From positions 54,371 through 118,370 of the forward strand of contig JBEKSS010000010.1 of NCBI GenBank assembly GCA_049516875.1: a DNA stretch of 64,000 nucleotides, given 5' to 3'. This stretch comes from Candidatus Bathyarchaeia archaeon. GTDB taxonomy: Archaea; Thermoproteota; Bathyarchaeia; Bathyarchaeales; Bathycorpusculaceae. This document shows, one piece after another, positions 52,347 through 62,322 of this stretch. The notes below the pieces were generated by a model. It made no database searches and was not told where the DNA came from. It worked only from the letters and a program-made list of their open reading frames with translations. The position numbers were made by a program, and so were the translations under genes. Each line of letters starts with the position of its first letter. Position 1 is the first letter of the stretch.

Positions 52347-52651
52347 AACGCCCGAAGACTCTTCAGGTCTATTCGTATACACTTGACTACAGACCTGACA
52401 TGTCCAACAGCTCGGTTAGCGCGCGCAGAAAAAATCATTTAACAACTGAAATCTTTCAAAACGTAGTTGTCTAAGGAGTGGTCAGTTGGCGTGGGGGCGT
52501 AGGATTTGATGCTATGGGGCCATTGCTCATGCTGCGTGTCAGAAACTGCTATGATGTCCTGCAATATGCCAGTTACGCGTTTGATTCTTGTCTTCAGGTC
52601 GAAGGGCAACTGTTATTATCGCACGTTGATGAATACGTACTACTGGTAAGA

Positions 52652-53068
52652 ATGCCCGTAAACACAGAGCATCTTAAGCAAAGAATCAGTGAAATTCTTG
52701 AGGCGAAATCAGAACTGGTAAGACTCACCTCAAAGCCCTTCTCAAAGCTGAGTCTGGAAGAGAAATACGCGGTTAGGTACCAGATCATAGTGCTGGCTGA
52801 GGGTTTGGGAAGCATATGTGTACAAGTGGCAACTGAAGACTTCAAGCTTGAACCCAAGTCTTATTCCGAGTGCTTCAAGCTTCTAGAAGAGAGGCGAGTG
52901 CATGAGTGCGCCAAGGATCTTACAGTAATAACAAGACTGAGAAACCTGCTGACTCACCATTACTGGACCATAGATGACAAGCAGGTGTACGAGTCTATCA
53001 GGGATGACTTCAAGAGTGTTGATGAATTCACCAAGAATGTGAAGCAACGATATGCGATTGTCCTATGA
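52652..53068 (+). CDS. HEPN (DUF86/HepT-like) RNase toxin
   Basis: P.SY.ECF..L, RNLLTHHYW (Rx4HxY); start re-set to ATG 52652. Confidence 0.87.
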   Translation: MPVNTEHLKQRISEILEAKSELVRLTSKPFSKLSLEEKYAVRYQIIVLAEGLGSICVQVATEDFKLEPKSYSECFKLLEERRVHECAKDLTVITRLRNLLTHHYWTIDDKQVYESIRDDFKSVDEFTKNVKQRYAIVL

Positions 53069-53450
53069 CACAATACGATTCTACAAGCTCGATTCTGAGA
53101 GAAGGAAGAGTATCATCAGAAGACTAAAGGAAGATCTTGCCAGAGAAGAAAAGATCAAGCTCGGATTAGTCTTTGGCAGTTTGACAACAAGGCATTCTGT
53201 AAGAGACGTAGACGTCTGCATCTACTCTGTTCCTATCATGGACTTCAAGGAACTCTTGGACATCAATGCACGTGTAGAACTCGACATAGGCATCCCAGTT
53301 GACATTTCAGAACTCTCGAACCTTCCCCCTTCGCTCAGAATAGACATCCTCAGGCACGGTATTCTAGCGAAGGGTTCGAGAAGTTTCTCCTATCAACTTC
53401 TAGACCAAGCCTACGCGGAACTCATGGCGATTAAAACAATCATCAGTTAA
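53052..53450 (+). CDS. Minimal nucleotidyltransferase antitoxin (MntA-like)
   Basis: VFGS..RDVDV, PVDI..L..LPP; overlaps HEPN gene. Confidence 0.87.
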   Translation: MRLSYDTIRFYKLDSERRKSIIRRLKEDLAREEKIKLGLVFGSLTTRHSVRDVDVCIYSVPIMDFKELLDINARVELDIGIPVDISELSNLPPSLRIDILRHGILAKGSRSFSYQLLDQAYAELMAIKTIIS

Positions 53451-53555
53451 ACGCGCGTGCAGGCCGAGTTCGTCTGTAGTGGACGGGTGGGACTTGCACT
53501 CCGCGAGGCCAAATCCTACAATTATCGTATCAAGTCTCAAAACAGGCTTACGCGT

Positions 53556-56500
53556 TCATCTTTCTCCTTTGAGCCAGCCTTTGATTCCCAGTTCCTTAAC
53601 GGTCACTGTTACCGGTTCGGCTTCGTGTGACTTGTACTTGCCGTTCTCGTCGAGATACAGTATCGTCGGTTTCAGCGGAAAAACGCCTTGAACCTTCGGC
53701 CTGAGGATGAGTCTGATCTCCTCCGTCTTTAGAGGGTCGAGACGTTTTCCCTTCATGTTGATGAAGCTGTCCTCCACGCGGTAGATTTCCGGTTTTTCAG
53801 CCACTTCAAAGTCTTTCGACACTACGCCCGTCACCTTGATAAGCAAGGCAGGACCTTTTCCGGCATTCACGAGTTCTATTTCCATGTCGAGGTTTTCACC
53901 GACCCTCAGCTCTTTCTGGTGCACTATCAGGTTTGCTTGTATGTCTGCGTGCTCGAACCTTTCTGACCCAACGGCCTCTTCGCGGGTTGGTGTTGGCGTA
54001 GTGAAGGAACTTGTAGCAGAAACGATGGTCGGAGCATGCAAAACCTCAGTGATGGACAATGCGAGTTCCCGTTCCTTTCTTGTCTTTTCCAGCAATCCCA
54101 GCACCTGCTCTCTCTTCTCAGGATGCTCCGCTTTCATGAAAGAGCCAGCCGATGTCTGCAAAACCTTCTCAGCCGCTGCATAAAGCCTAGCCTTCTTCTC
54201 AGGATCATCTTCTCTTGCTGCGTTATCCATTTGCAGGTAAGCATCAAGAAGCAGCTTCGTGGCCTCACAGTATTCCGAGGCCTTCGGGAAGCCCGCCCTT
54301 ATGTAGTAGTTAGAAGCGCTTTCCAAGCATTTTATTGCCTCAGAGTGCATCTCCCTGTTCCTAGAATCAACGAATTCCGTTCCCGCTTCCAGTGCTTTAC
54401 AGAAACGGCTGTGGCCCAAGACTAACATCTTCGTTTTCTCATTCGGGCTAGACTCCTTGGTTTCCTCGAAAATTCTGGAAGCCTCCGCGTACGATTCAGG
54501 TGAGGCCCCTGCCTCAGCGTAGGTCATTTTTTGCCATGCTCTGGAAAGCCCGATAATGAGTTTGAACTCCCTGCGTTCTTGTTCCGTGTCCAGTGTTTGG
54601 CTTATTTTCTCAAAGCTTTCAGCTGCTGACCCGTATTCCTCGGAGCTGGAGTAGTGATCGCCTTTCTTGTCGAGGATCCTTGCCTCTTCGACCGCAACTC
54701 TGGCCATGCAATACTTCTCTCTAGTGTCAGTTGCCTTGATCATGCCACTGGCCATTAGCTTCTCCTCTGGGTTTTCAATGTTGGCTAGCTGTGTCTGAAG
54801 TAGTTCTCTGCTTTCGTTGAAGAGCCTAGCCGCCTGTTGGAATAGTGTGATTGCTTCTTCACTCTCCTCGTTTCTGCTCAGTTCTTCTCCGTTTTCAACC
54901 TGCGCCCATGCGAAGTAGTTAGGTGCAAGATAACTCCAGTGCTTAAGCGACCTGTGTATGTTGGCGGCTTTTTCGAAGTGATCTTTTGCTGAGCCGTATT
55001 CCTGTTTTCCATGATGGTTTCTTGCTTTTTCAATCTCGCTCCAAGCCTGCATGTAAAGCCGGTAATCTTGGAAGAGATCCTTGAACTGAGGAATCTTCTC
55101 CGCAACAAGTTCATAGTTTTTTGAGGCAAGCTCAAAGTGTTCTGCGGCCTTAGCGTGCTCACCACGTTGGTCGAGGAGTTTTGCAGCTTTCCAGTAGGCC
55201 TCAGCTACCCGGCTTGGCATTCCCGCCTTTATATAGACGTGGGCCGCACCCTCATGCACTTCTACCGCCTTTCGAGTGACTCTTTCGTCTTTTGAAAGTG
55301 AATACAGTTGGCCAAGGATGCGGCCGAACCAGTCATAGTACCATCCTAAAACTGCATAGTTCCTTGGCAAACGAGCAACATCTTTTTGCAGCCATGCCGT
55401 GCATATTCCAATACACTTTTCCATGCGTTGAACGGCTTCTTCAAGAAGATGCCTTTTCCGACCCACGTTCTCTTCGATTTCAGCCAAATCAGCGTATATC
55501 AGAGCCAAATAGTTCTGGTAAACGCCGCAATCCCACTCACCAGGACGAATCAGCTGATCAGATATCCTGATTGTTATCTCTCTGAGATGTAGCGCTTCTT
55601 CAAGCAGTCTCTTTTTTTCGTTGATGTCCCCCTCGATTTCGGAGAGAAACAACTCAGCCTTGCTGAGCGAATGAGAAATACCTACGATGGATCCTGCAGA
55701 ACCGGAAAGTCTGGCGTATTCGGAACCTTTGAGGCCCACTTTGACTGCTTGTTCCAGAAAAGCATGCTTTTTTTCGTGCCCAGTTTCAAGTTCTGCAAGC
55801 CTGATACAGTTTTCAACGAGCGATTGGTGCGAATTGGCAACCCTGTCGTAACGATGAATCGTCAGGTCTAACGGGATACACTGCTCGTCGAATCGTATTG
55901 CCAGCTTATACTTTTCTTTCAGTCTGTCCGGATCCTCTTCTGTGGTCGCTTCCCAGCTTATCATGGTAGACTTTACGGCATACGCCGTTTCTGCCAAGAA
56001 GCGGTCCTTTGACTTCTTGCTTTGCTGAATGACCTCTTCAACGTACTTTGATACCCCCTGCCAATCTCCCGTAACCAAAAAACTGTTTCCGCCAAGTGTC
56101 ATATAAACGAAGAAAAGAAGATACGCGTCTCCTGTTTTCTCCACAAGTTTTGAGGCTTTTCCCAGATAACTCGAAATCAGCGAGACAAATTCTGTTCTTC
56201 TTTCTTCAAATAAATCTAACCAAAAGACCATGAAATATGACACTAAAGCGTAGGTCCATGCCAGCTCGCTCGGGCTCAAATCATTCGAGAACTTGGTGAT
56301 AATGTTCTGCCCATAACCTATCACTTCTTCAGCGATGCGTTTGCGCTCATGCCAGTCTCCCTCCAAAACATCCTTGTCCATGAGACAGAACGACAGCCCG
56401 TGAAAGGCTTTCCAGTAGCCCAAGTAATCTCCTGTGCCCTCAGAAACCTCAAGAACCTCTTTCAGCAACTTTGAACATTCATCTAACAACTTCTTTTTCT

Positions 56501-56843
56501 GTGTGGAATCTTCTTCGGACCAAGAATCAGAGTAACTAGCCATAGCCCTGCAATACAAGCCTCTCGCCGAGCTAGTCTTTTCCAATAGTTCCGCAGCCCG
56601 TTGGTAAGACTGAGCCGATAGCTGCATACGCTTTTCAAACTCTTCTGCCGTCTCTGCCTGAAAAGCAGCTCTGAAGAAAATGTGACCAATCCTCTCGTGC
56701 AGCTCGCCCCTCTTCAAGTAGTCCAGCTCTGAAAACAATTCTGAAGCCTTACCGTAGGAGTCAGCAGCTCCTAACCAATCATAATCCTCTTCCTGTTTCG
56801 CTGCACGACTGAGAATTGATTCTGCATCCGACGACTCCGACAT
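53556..56843 (-). CDS. Large TPR/alpha-solenoid protein with C-terminal Ig-like beta domain, paralogue 3
   Basis: Collinear with paralogues 1 and 2; same C-terminus. Confidence 0.88.
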   Translation of the reverse strand: MSESSDAESILSRAAKQEEDYDWLGAADSYGKASELFSELDYLKRGELHERIGHIFFRAAFQAETAEEFEKRMQLSAQSYQRAAELLEKTSSARGLYCRAMASYSDSWSEEDSTQKKKLLDECSKLLKEVLEVSEGTGDYLGYWKAFHGLSFCLMDKDVLEGDWHERKRIAEEVIGYGQNIITKFSNDLSPSELAWTYALVSYFMVFWLDLFEERRTEFVSLISSYLGKASKLVEKTGDAYLLFFVYMTLGGNSFLVTGDWQGVSKYVEEVIQQSKKSKDRFLAETAYAVKSTMISWEATTEEDPDRLKEKYKLAIRFDEQCIPLDLTIHRYDRVANSHQSLVENCIRLAELETGHEKKHAFLEQAVKVGLKGSEYARLSGSAGSIVGISHSLSKAELFLSEIEGDINEKKRLLEEALHLREITIRISDQLIRPGEWDCGVYQNYLALIYADLAEIEENVGRKRHLLEEAVQRMEKCIGICTAWLQKDVARLPRNYAVLGWYYDWFGRILGQLYSLSKDERVTRKAVEVHEGAAHVYIKAGMPSRVAEAYWKAAKLLDQRGEHAKAAEHFELASKNYELVAEKIPQFKDLFQDYRLYMQAWSEIEKARNHHGKQEYGSAKDHFEKAANIHRSLKHWSYLAPNYFAWAQVENGEELSRNEESEEAITLFQQAARLFNESRELLQTQLANIENPEEKLMASGMIKATDTREKYCMARVAVEEARILDKKGDHYSSSEEYGSAAESFEKISQTLDTEQERREFKLIIGLSRAWQKMTYAEAGASPESYAEASRIFEETKESSPNEKTKMLVLGHSRFCKALEAGTEFVDSRNREMHSEAIKCLESASNYYIRAGFPKASEYCEATKLLLDAYLQMDNAAREDDPEKKARLYAAAEKVLQTSAGSFMKAEHPEKREQVLGLLEKTRKERELALSITEVLHAPTIVSATSSFTTPTPTREEAVGSERFEHADIQANLIVHQKELRVGENLDMEIELVNAGKGPALLIKVTGVVSKDFEVAEKPEIYRVEDSFINMKGKRLDPLKTEEIRLILRPKVQGVFPLKPTILYLDENGKYKSHEAEPVTVTVKELGIKGWLKGER

Positions 56844-56848
56844 ACAAG

Positions 56849-56902
56849 CATACCACTAGGAAATATCACCAAGTCTCTGAAAAGGTTTTTCATGACTCGC
56901 TT
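56849..56902 (-). promoter_or_regulatory. Conserved upstream element, copy 3
   Basis: Reverse complement: aagcgagtcatgaaaaaccttttcagagacttggtgatatttcctagtggtatg. Confidence 0.75.
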
Positions 56903-56959
56903 TCTTCACCATTGCGCGAGGATTTTTGGTTATGTAAATGTTGCCATAGTTTTGCGCGG

Positions 56960-57250
56960 CTAGAAAGACACGACTTTTTGACTTTCGATTATCCACTTGG
57001 AAAGCCCCGTTATCGTGCCCATTTCCGTTCCTTTGACCAGGTCCTGCTCCCTCAACCCTCTCAGGTTCATACTCGTGTGACAAACATTGATGCACACGCC
57101 CGCCTTGACAAGGTCCTCCAGCATTCTTTCAATGTTGTAGAAACCCTTCGCCGGCTTCTATCCCTTCTTGGCTGCGTCACAGCGTCTCCAATCAGGAAAA
57201 TGTTCACTCTTATGCCCTGACCGGAGCTTGACAACGCCTCAGCCAACCTG
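56960..57250 (-). pseudogene. Decayed 5'-truncated duplicate of the DsrE gene at 59699-60055
   Basis: Continuous nucleotide similarity (e.g. tctccaatcaggaaaatgttcact identical); 1-nt deletion near 57178, CAG>TAG near 57159, N-terminus missing. Confidence 0.88.
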
Positions 57251-57370
57251 GCGTGCGCCAGTTTAAAAAATCTGAAGGAAAATGAACTTATGCGAACGAT
57301 TGGGCGCATAACAAGGCCTCATCCCCGAACCCAAAAAAACTTTCAAAAAAAGCAGCAACTCAAGCGTGCT

Positions 57371-59194
57371 CTACAATTCTTTCAAGACTCGCTCATTGTT
57401 CCTCTGTTTTTCCAGCGTTGATAGTGGATGTTCTGGAATAGCCATGAAGATTTCGGGATCTCCTTGTTTGGTTCTTGGATCGGTTGGGATTGTAACGGTG
57501 AATGTGGAGCCTTTTCCTACGGAGCTTTCCGCCGAGATTGTGCCTCCATGCGCTTCTACTATGCGCTTGCAGATTGTCAGCCCGAGGCCCATTCCCTTAG
57601 CCTTGGTTGTGAAAAGGGGTGACCAAAGTTTTGTCATGACCTCGCTGGGCATTCCGACTCCCGTGTCAGAGAAACTGATCGCAACACCTTCTTTCACTTT
57701 TGTGCTCTCCACTTTGAGCATTCCGCCGTTGGGCATCGCGTCAAACGCGTTTTCTACTAGTTTGGCGAAGGCGACTTTCATTTTTTCTTGATCACATTTG
57801 ATCCTTTGTGTTTCTCGAGTCTTGTCCAATATTCTAACGTTGTTTGGAACCTTCACATGGGACAAGACTTCACTCAGGATATATCTTGGTTCGGTTTCGG
57901 ATATGTCAAGCTTCATCTCCTCTGCGTATTTCAAGAGGTCAGTTATGATTTTATCCGAGTGAGCGATTGCCCCCTCAATGGTTGAGACCATTTCCTTTGC
58001 TCGGGTATCCATTTTTGCTTCCAACTTTGTTTTCAAGTAGTATGTGGCCCCAGCGATTCCTGTCAGGGGATTTCGCAAATCGTGTCCAACCATCGCTGCC
58101 AACTGACCGATGGCTGCAAGATGCTCTGCTTTTCGCAATCTTGCAGTTTTATCCTCGATATCAGTCAACATTTCGTTTATCGACTTCCCTAGGCCTGATA
58201 ATTCGTCATTTCCATCGGTTGGCACACGTGTTTTGAGATCTCTGTTTCTTCCTATGCTCCGCACGGCCCTAGTAAGCTTGACTACTCGATACAAAACTGT
58301 TCTTTCCATAAGTAACATGATGGCTGCTACAAACATCACCGTCAGACCAAGGAGCGACAAGAGGAAGTAGTTGATTGTACTTAGTCCTTGTTTGTAAATG
58401 TCTCTGGGCATGTCAATCCTTGACACGAGGATTGGATTTCCATAAACATCCTTTATCAAAGCATATCCAGCAACATCATCTGCGTTCAAGGGTTGGACGA
58501 AGACTGTTTCGTTATTCGAAAATGACAAAAGAGCGTTTTGAAAATCTGGAAGCACAGGCGAATCATTGTAACGCTGCAAGGTGATAGACAAGTCCGTCAT
58601 TCGAGCCAATTGTCCGATTTCATCAGAGTCAAGGTAGCGTGCCATAATCAGTGCTCCATGAACAGGACCTTCACCCTGACTTGTCAAAATGGGCCTCGAG
58701 CAAATCAGCAACGGATTCTCTGGCAGAAGAATGATCCCGTTTGTACTACTGTCGGTTGTGAGGTTACGCCAAAGAACGTCATGAGAAGAGAGTTCATTTT
58801 CTATGGTCTCTGGAACTGGCACTTCCGTCATGTTATGCAAGTCGTAGGCCCTGCCGCATACAATCTGACCCGAGAGGTTCACAAACAGCAGAATGTTGAT
58901 CTTCAAAGCAGTGAAAGCTGTATCCCCGAGGTTTGAGTTAATGTAGTTTGCGTTCGGCGCAACAATGAATGCATACGTGTCGTCCCATACTGCCCAATCA
59001 CCCGATTTGCTGTGCAAGTCAGAGACATCATCGGCTAGGGCGCTTTGAAATCTACCGACGTTTTGGTGAACATTGGTTATTTCTAGTTCTTTAAAGCTAT
59101 TCAGCAATAGAGATTGAGAAAAGAAGTACACTGTTACCATCATGCTGATGGCTAAGATGCCAATCATGGTCAATGTTCTCTTCCGCATTCCCAT
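57371..59194 (-). CDS. Membrane sensor histidine kinase (CHASE4-HAMP-HisKA-HATPase)
   Basis: DWAVWDDTY CHASE4 motif, two TMs, DELSGL HAMP, HDLRNPL, DTGVGM, GMGLGL. Confidence 0.92.
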   Translation of the reverse strand: MGMRKRTLTMIGILAISMMVTVYFFSQSLLLNSFKELEITNVHQNVGRFQSALADDVSDLHSKSGDWAVWDDTYAFIVAPNANYINSNLGDTAFTALKINILLFVNLSGQIVCGRAYDLHNMTEVPVPETIENELSSHDVLWRNLTTDSSTNGIILLPENPLLICSRPILTSQGEGPVHGALIMARYLDSDEIGQLARMTDLSITLQRYNDSPVLPDFQNALLSFSNNETVFVQPLNADDVAGYALIKDVYGNPILVSRIDMPRDIYKQGLSTINYFLLSLLGLTVMFVAAIMLLMERTVLYRVVKLTRAVRSIGRNRDLKTRVPTDGNDELSGLGKSINEMLTDIEDKTARLRKAEHLAAIGQLAAMVGHDLRNPLTGIAGATYYLKTKLEAKMDTRAKEMVSTIEGAIAHSDKIITDLLKYAEEMKLDISETEPRYILSEVLSHVKVPNNVRILDKTRETQRIKCDQEKMKVAFAKLVENAFDAMPNGGMLKVESTKVKEGVAISFSDTGVGMPSEVMTKLWSPLFTTKAKGMGLGLTICKRIVEAHGGTISAESSVGKGSTFTVTIPTDPRTKQGDPEIFMAIPEHPLSTLEKQRNNERVLKEL

Positions 59195-59698
59195 TGTCTC
59201 GCCTGCTGTCTACTTGATTCATGTACTCTGCACCAGGCGTACTCGAGAGTAAGCCCAATTCACAGGGAGTCTAACTACAGGGACCATAGATAAGTCGTTT
59301 ATGAACGAACGCTACTTAGTGGCACACTGTGCGAGACAGAAGCAGAATCTGAACAAGAACAAAATCAAGTTTGGGAATAAAACCTCAACCCGAAACGTTC
59401 TTGCGATTCAAACACAGCTTTCCACAGAGTATCAATATTCTTCCTGTCTTCACAAGCCCAAAATGCAAGCAAAGCGCCACCTCCGCAAAACCAATACCCG
59501 CATAGTGTAACACAGAGTGTAAATCTTGGCACTATACCGTATGCTAACAAAGAAGGAAATCGAACCCATTATGAGGTTAAAGGTAGCGTTGCAGACCCAT
59601 GATTCAAAGCATGAAAGACAATATCGTAGAGTACGCTAATACTTGACGTTTCATTCAAACCCAGACGTTCCAAAGCGCGCGACGAATGTCAAGGACTC

Positions 59699-60055
59699 TT
59701 AGAAAGATAGAACTTTTTGGCTTACTTCTATCCACTTGGAAAGCCCTGTTATCGTGCCCATCCTTGTTCCTTCGACCAAGTCTTGCTCTGTTAATCCTCT
59801 CAGGTTCATACTCGTGTGGCAAACACTGACGCACACGCCTACCCTGACAAGGTCTGCAAGCATTTTTTCTATGTTATAGAAGCCTTTAGCAGGTTTCTGT
59901 CCCTTCTTGGCTGCGTTTACAGCATCTCCAATCAGGAAAATGTTCACTTTCATCTTTACACTGGAACAACATAATGCTTCTGCCAATCTCAAAGCATTCC
60001 AGATTCTCTCATCTCCATAAGGAGAACTGCTAATAACCATCGTTAAGGTCTCCAT
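59699..60055 (-). CDS. DsrE/YchN family protein
   Basis: PYGDER.WNALRLA, IFLIGDAV..AKKGQ, VCHTS..RGL. Confidence 0.88.
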   Translation of the reverse strand: METLTMVISSSPYGDERIWNALRLAEALCCSSVKMKVNIFLIGDAVNAAKKGQKPAKGFYNIEKMLADLVRVGVCVSVCHTSMNLRGLTEQDLVEGTRMGTITGLSKWIEVSQKVLSF

Positions 60056-60555
60056 GCACTCAGCTTCCCAATCATCCCTAAATCATTCCTAACTCATGCG
60101 CAATGCTTAAACATGTTGTCTTCCATCGATGAATCTTAAGATAAACGCTATTCTACTGCATTAAAATAAATGTGGAATAATATAACACCAAAGACTTTCT
60201 TGGGTTGGGGTTGTGTGAAAGGGAGGTTTTATCCCAAACCCAAAAAATGACTGAACGAATGCGATAGAGCAGCGCGCGCCAGTCAAGTTAAGTGAAAACA
60301 AGCCTCTGCATTCGCCAATACTTAGCCCAATAATGTCATTTAAGTTTTCTGAAACGAAGTTTAGGCCGTTGAAAGAGCTTCAAGAATAGAAAAAGAGGGA
60401 GTTTGCGGGAGATGTCGCCACTGGTCTAGGGTTCAACTCCACCCCGGCTTCAGGGCATAAACTTGCCTAGTTTTAGAAGAAAATTCTAGCCCTCTTGCAA
60501 AAAACAGAAAAAGAGGGAGAAAGCTAGAAAAGTGCGCGCTAATTACACGTGTCCA

Positions 60556-62025
60556 TTAATCCAAAGGTACACTTCTGTATACATTCCATTTTTCTTCACG
60601 TATCTTTCCCATGTCAAGTAGACGGTCTATAGATTCCATGAGTTTGAATGTGTCTTGATTGAAGAAATGCTCTTCTATCAAGTGGTAGTCAACACCTACT
60701 TCTTTTGTCTCGTTATCTGTTATGAATCTGAGAATCTGCTTATCTAATTCATTTTTCAAGGTTGCTATTTCAATTCCTTTAGAAGTGAAGAGATTGGGCC
60801 ATTCCTCGTAGAGTATCTTGAAATTCTCCAGATAGTAGTCGTTGAATGCTTTCATTGCAGAGGTGTTGTCGACCTCAGTACGAGATGATGCTCTTGCCCC
60901 CGCCAAGGCAAGTCGCAAAATGGACTGGGGTTTTCCGTACGAGTTTGGGTCAAAAATGCCATGTCTTCGGACCTCTGGTGTAAGGTCATAACTCTTGGCT
61001 ACTTCAACGATTCTAGAGCTTGCCTCGTTTAGAATTTTCATGGAATCTTGTTCCGTCTTGCCGACCGTTGGATAGAGCATTTGTGTAGTTGTAAGATATT
61101 TCGTCACATCGAGTGGTGGATCGGCGTTTATTTTTCGCATTTCTGCACTTGACAATAGTAATGTCGGTTGATCAACCATTCCAATTAGGGGGTCATAAAG
61201 TGTTGGAGGCGCGTTTTTATCACTACCTAAGCCTATGGAAATCTCGGAAAACTTATCAGATTTACGGTATTGAAGAAGCTTTTTCATAGACTCATCAAGT
61301 GGCTTATCAGCATCAGCTGACTTGAACGCCCACGAATAGGGTGGGAGACTTGTGCGTATCTGCATTTCTGGCACATAGAGCGAGCAAGATTTCCCGCGTC
61401 CTAGCGCTGTTGGGATTATATTGCCAAGATTCTGGAGCAATTTCTTGCTGAGTCTCGATTCCGTTCCGTCGTACAAAGAGACATTGAGCCCGCCGACTTG
61501 ACCCAGGGCGAAAAGAGGCGGGGAGCTCACCATTTCAAACGCTAGTAACTCTCTGAGCGGCGAGTTTATCCCTGCCCATTGTATTAGGAGCAAGTCTTGA
61601 AAGTCCTTGAAATCTATCTCAGGTTTTAGGGGCATTTTCATTTTCGCGGGTGATATGCTTTCTACAAATATTTCATAGCGATTCCCAAAACAGCGTCTTC
61701 TACCAGACACTTTTACATACGACCAGTTTGCTGGCGCTGGAAGTCCTGAAGGACAGACGCAAAGGACGTAATCTTGAGTTAGGTATGGTGCAGGAATGAG
61801 TATGAATTGTCCTCTTCCCAACTTTCGGTCCGCAACGACAGTTCCAAAGATAACAGTTTGAACGGCTCTTTTCGCCTGCGCAAAGTCCCGCAAGAGTTGC
61901 ATTTCCCATCGATTGAACTCACTGCCAAATTCTCGTTCCCAAAAACGAGGCTTGATAGGCTTGAATTTTTGAGGACTTGGGGTGAAAGTCATGAATTGAA
62001 CGCTCAATGTAATAATATTGCCCAC
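60556..62025 (-). CDS. Highly divergent MCM-like protein, probably ATPase-dead
   Basis: OB-fold-like N-term; GGLNVSLYDG at Walker A position; SILRLALAGARAS..EVD..A lid motif; C-terminal winged helix IDRLLDMGKIRE..VYRSV. Confidence 0.65.
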   Translation of the reverse strand: MGNIITLSVQFMTFTPSPQKFKPIKPRFWEREFGSEFNRWEMQLLRDFAQAKRAVQTVIFGTVVADRKLGRGQFILIPAPYLTQDYVLCVCPSGLPAPANWSYVKVSGRRRCFGNRYEIFVESISPAKMKMPLKPEIDFKDFQDLLLIQWAGINSPLRELLAFEMVSSPPLFALGQVGGLNVSLYDGTESRLSKKLLQNLGNIIPTALGRGKSCSLYVPEMQIRTSLPPYSWAFKSADADKPLDESMKKLLQYRKSDKFSEISIGLGSDKNAPPTLYDPLIGMVDQPTLLLSSAEMRKINADPPLDVTKYLTTTQMLYPTVGKTEQDSMKILNEASSRIVEVAKSYDLTPEVRRHGIFDPNSYGKPQSILRLALAGARASSRTEVDNTSAMKAFNDYYLENFKILYEEWPNLFTSKGIEIATLKNELDKQILRFITDNETKEVGVDYHLIEEHFFNQDTFKLMESIDRLLDMGKIREEKWNVYRSVPLD

Positions 62026-62322
62026 AGAGATTTAAGAACTGCAGTCAAAAAAATTTGGCCCGAGCGCGCTATCCGTACTGTGGAAGGGTTGGGAGTAAGC
62101 CCAGGTTTTTTGATGAGCCTGAATGCCGAAACTGTGTTTTAAGGGGCGGTAGCTACTGTTGGAACCAATGCCCATACAATGTTTGGCGGAGAGAACCATT
62201 CTAAATCATAGTGCGCGCTCACAGAAAAAAAGGGAATGTGCAGGAGGCCTCTGTACACTGGCAACATAAGGCTCTTATAAAGGGTATTTAAGCATCCGCT
62301 ACGCTATAAGAAGCGGTGTTTA

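Noticed and set aside
59301-59640. Short ORFs between the kinase and dsrE
   Set aside because: No family signal in any frame; may be decayed sequence but cannot be assigned.
60426-60452. GGGTTCAACTCC resembling a tRNA T-arm or att site
   Set aside because: The T-stem does not pair beyond 2 bp and no acceptor, D or anticodon arms can be built.
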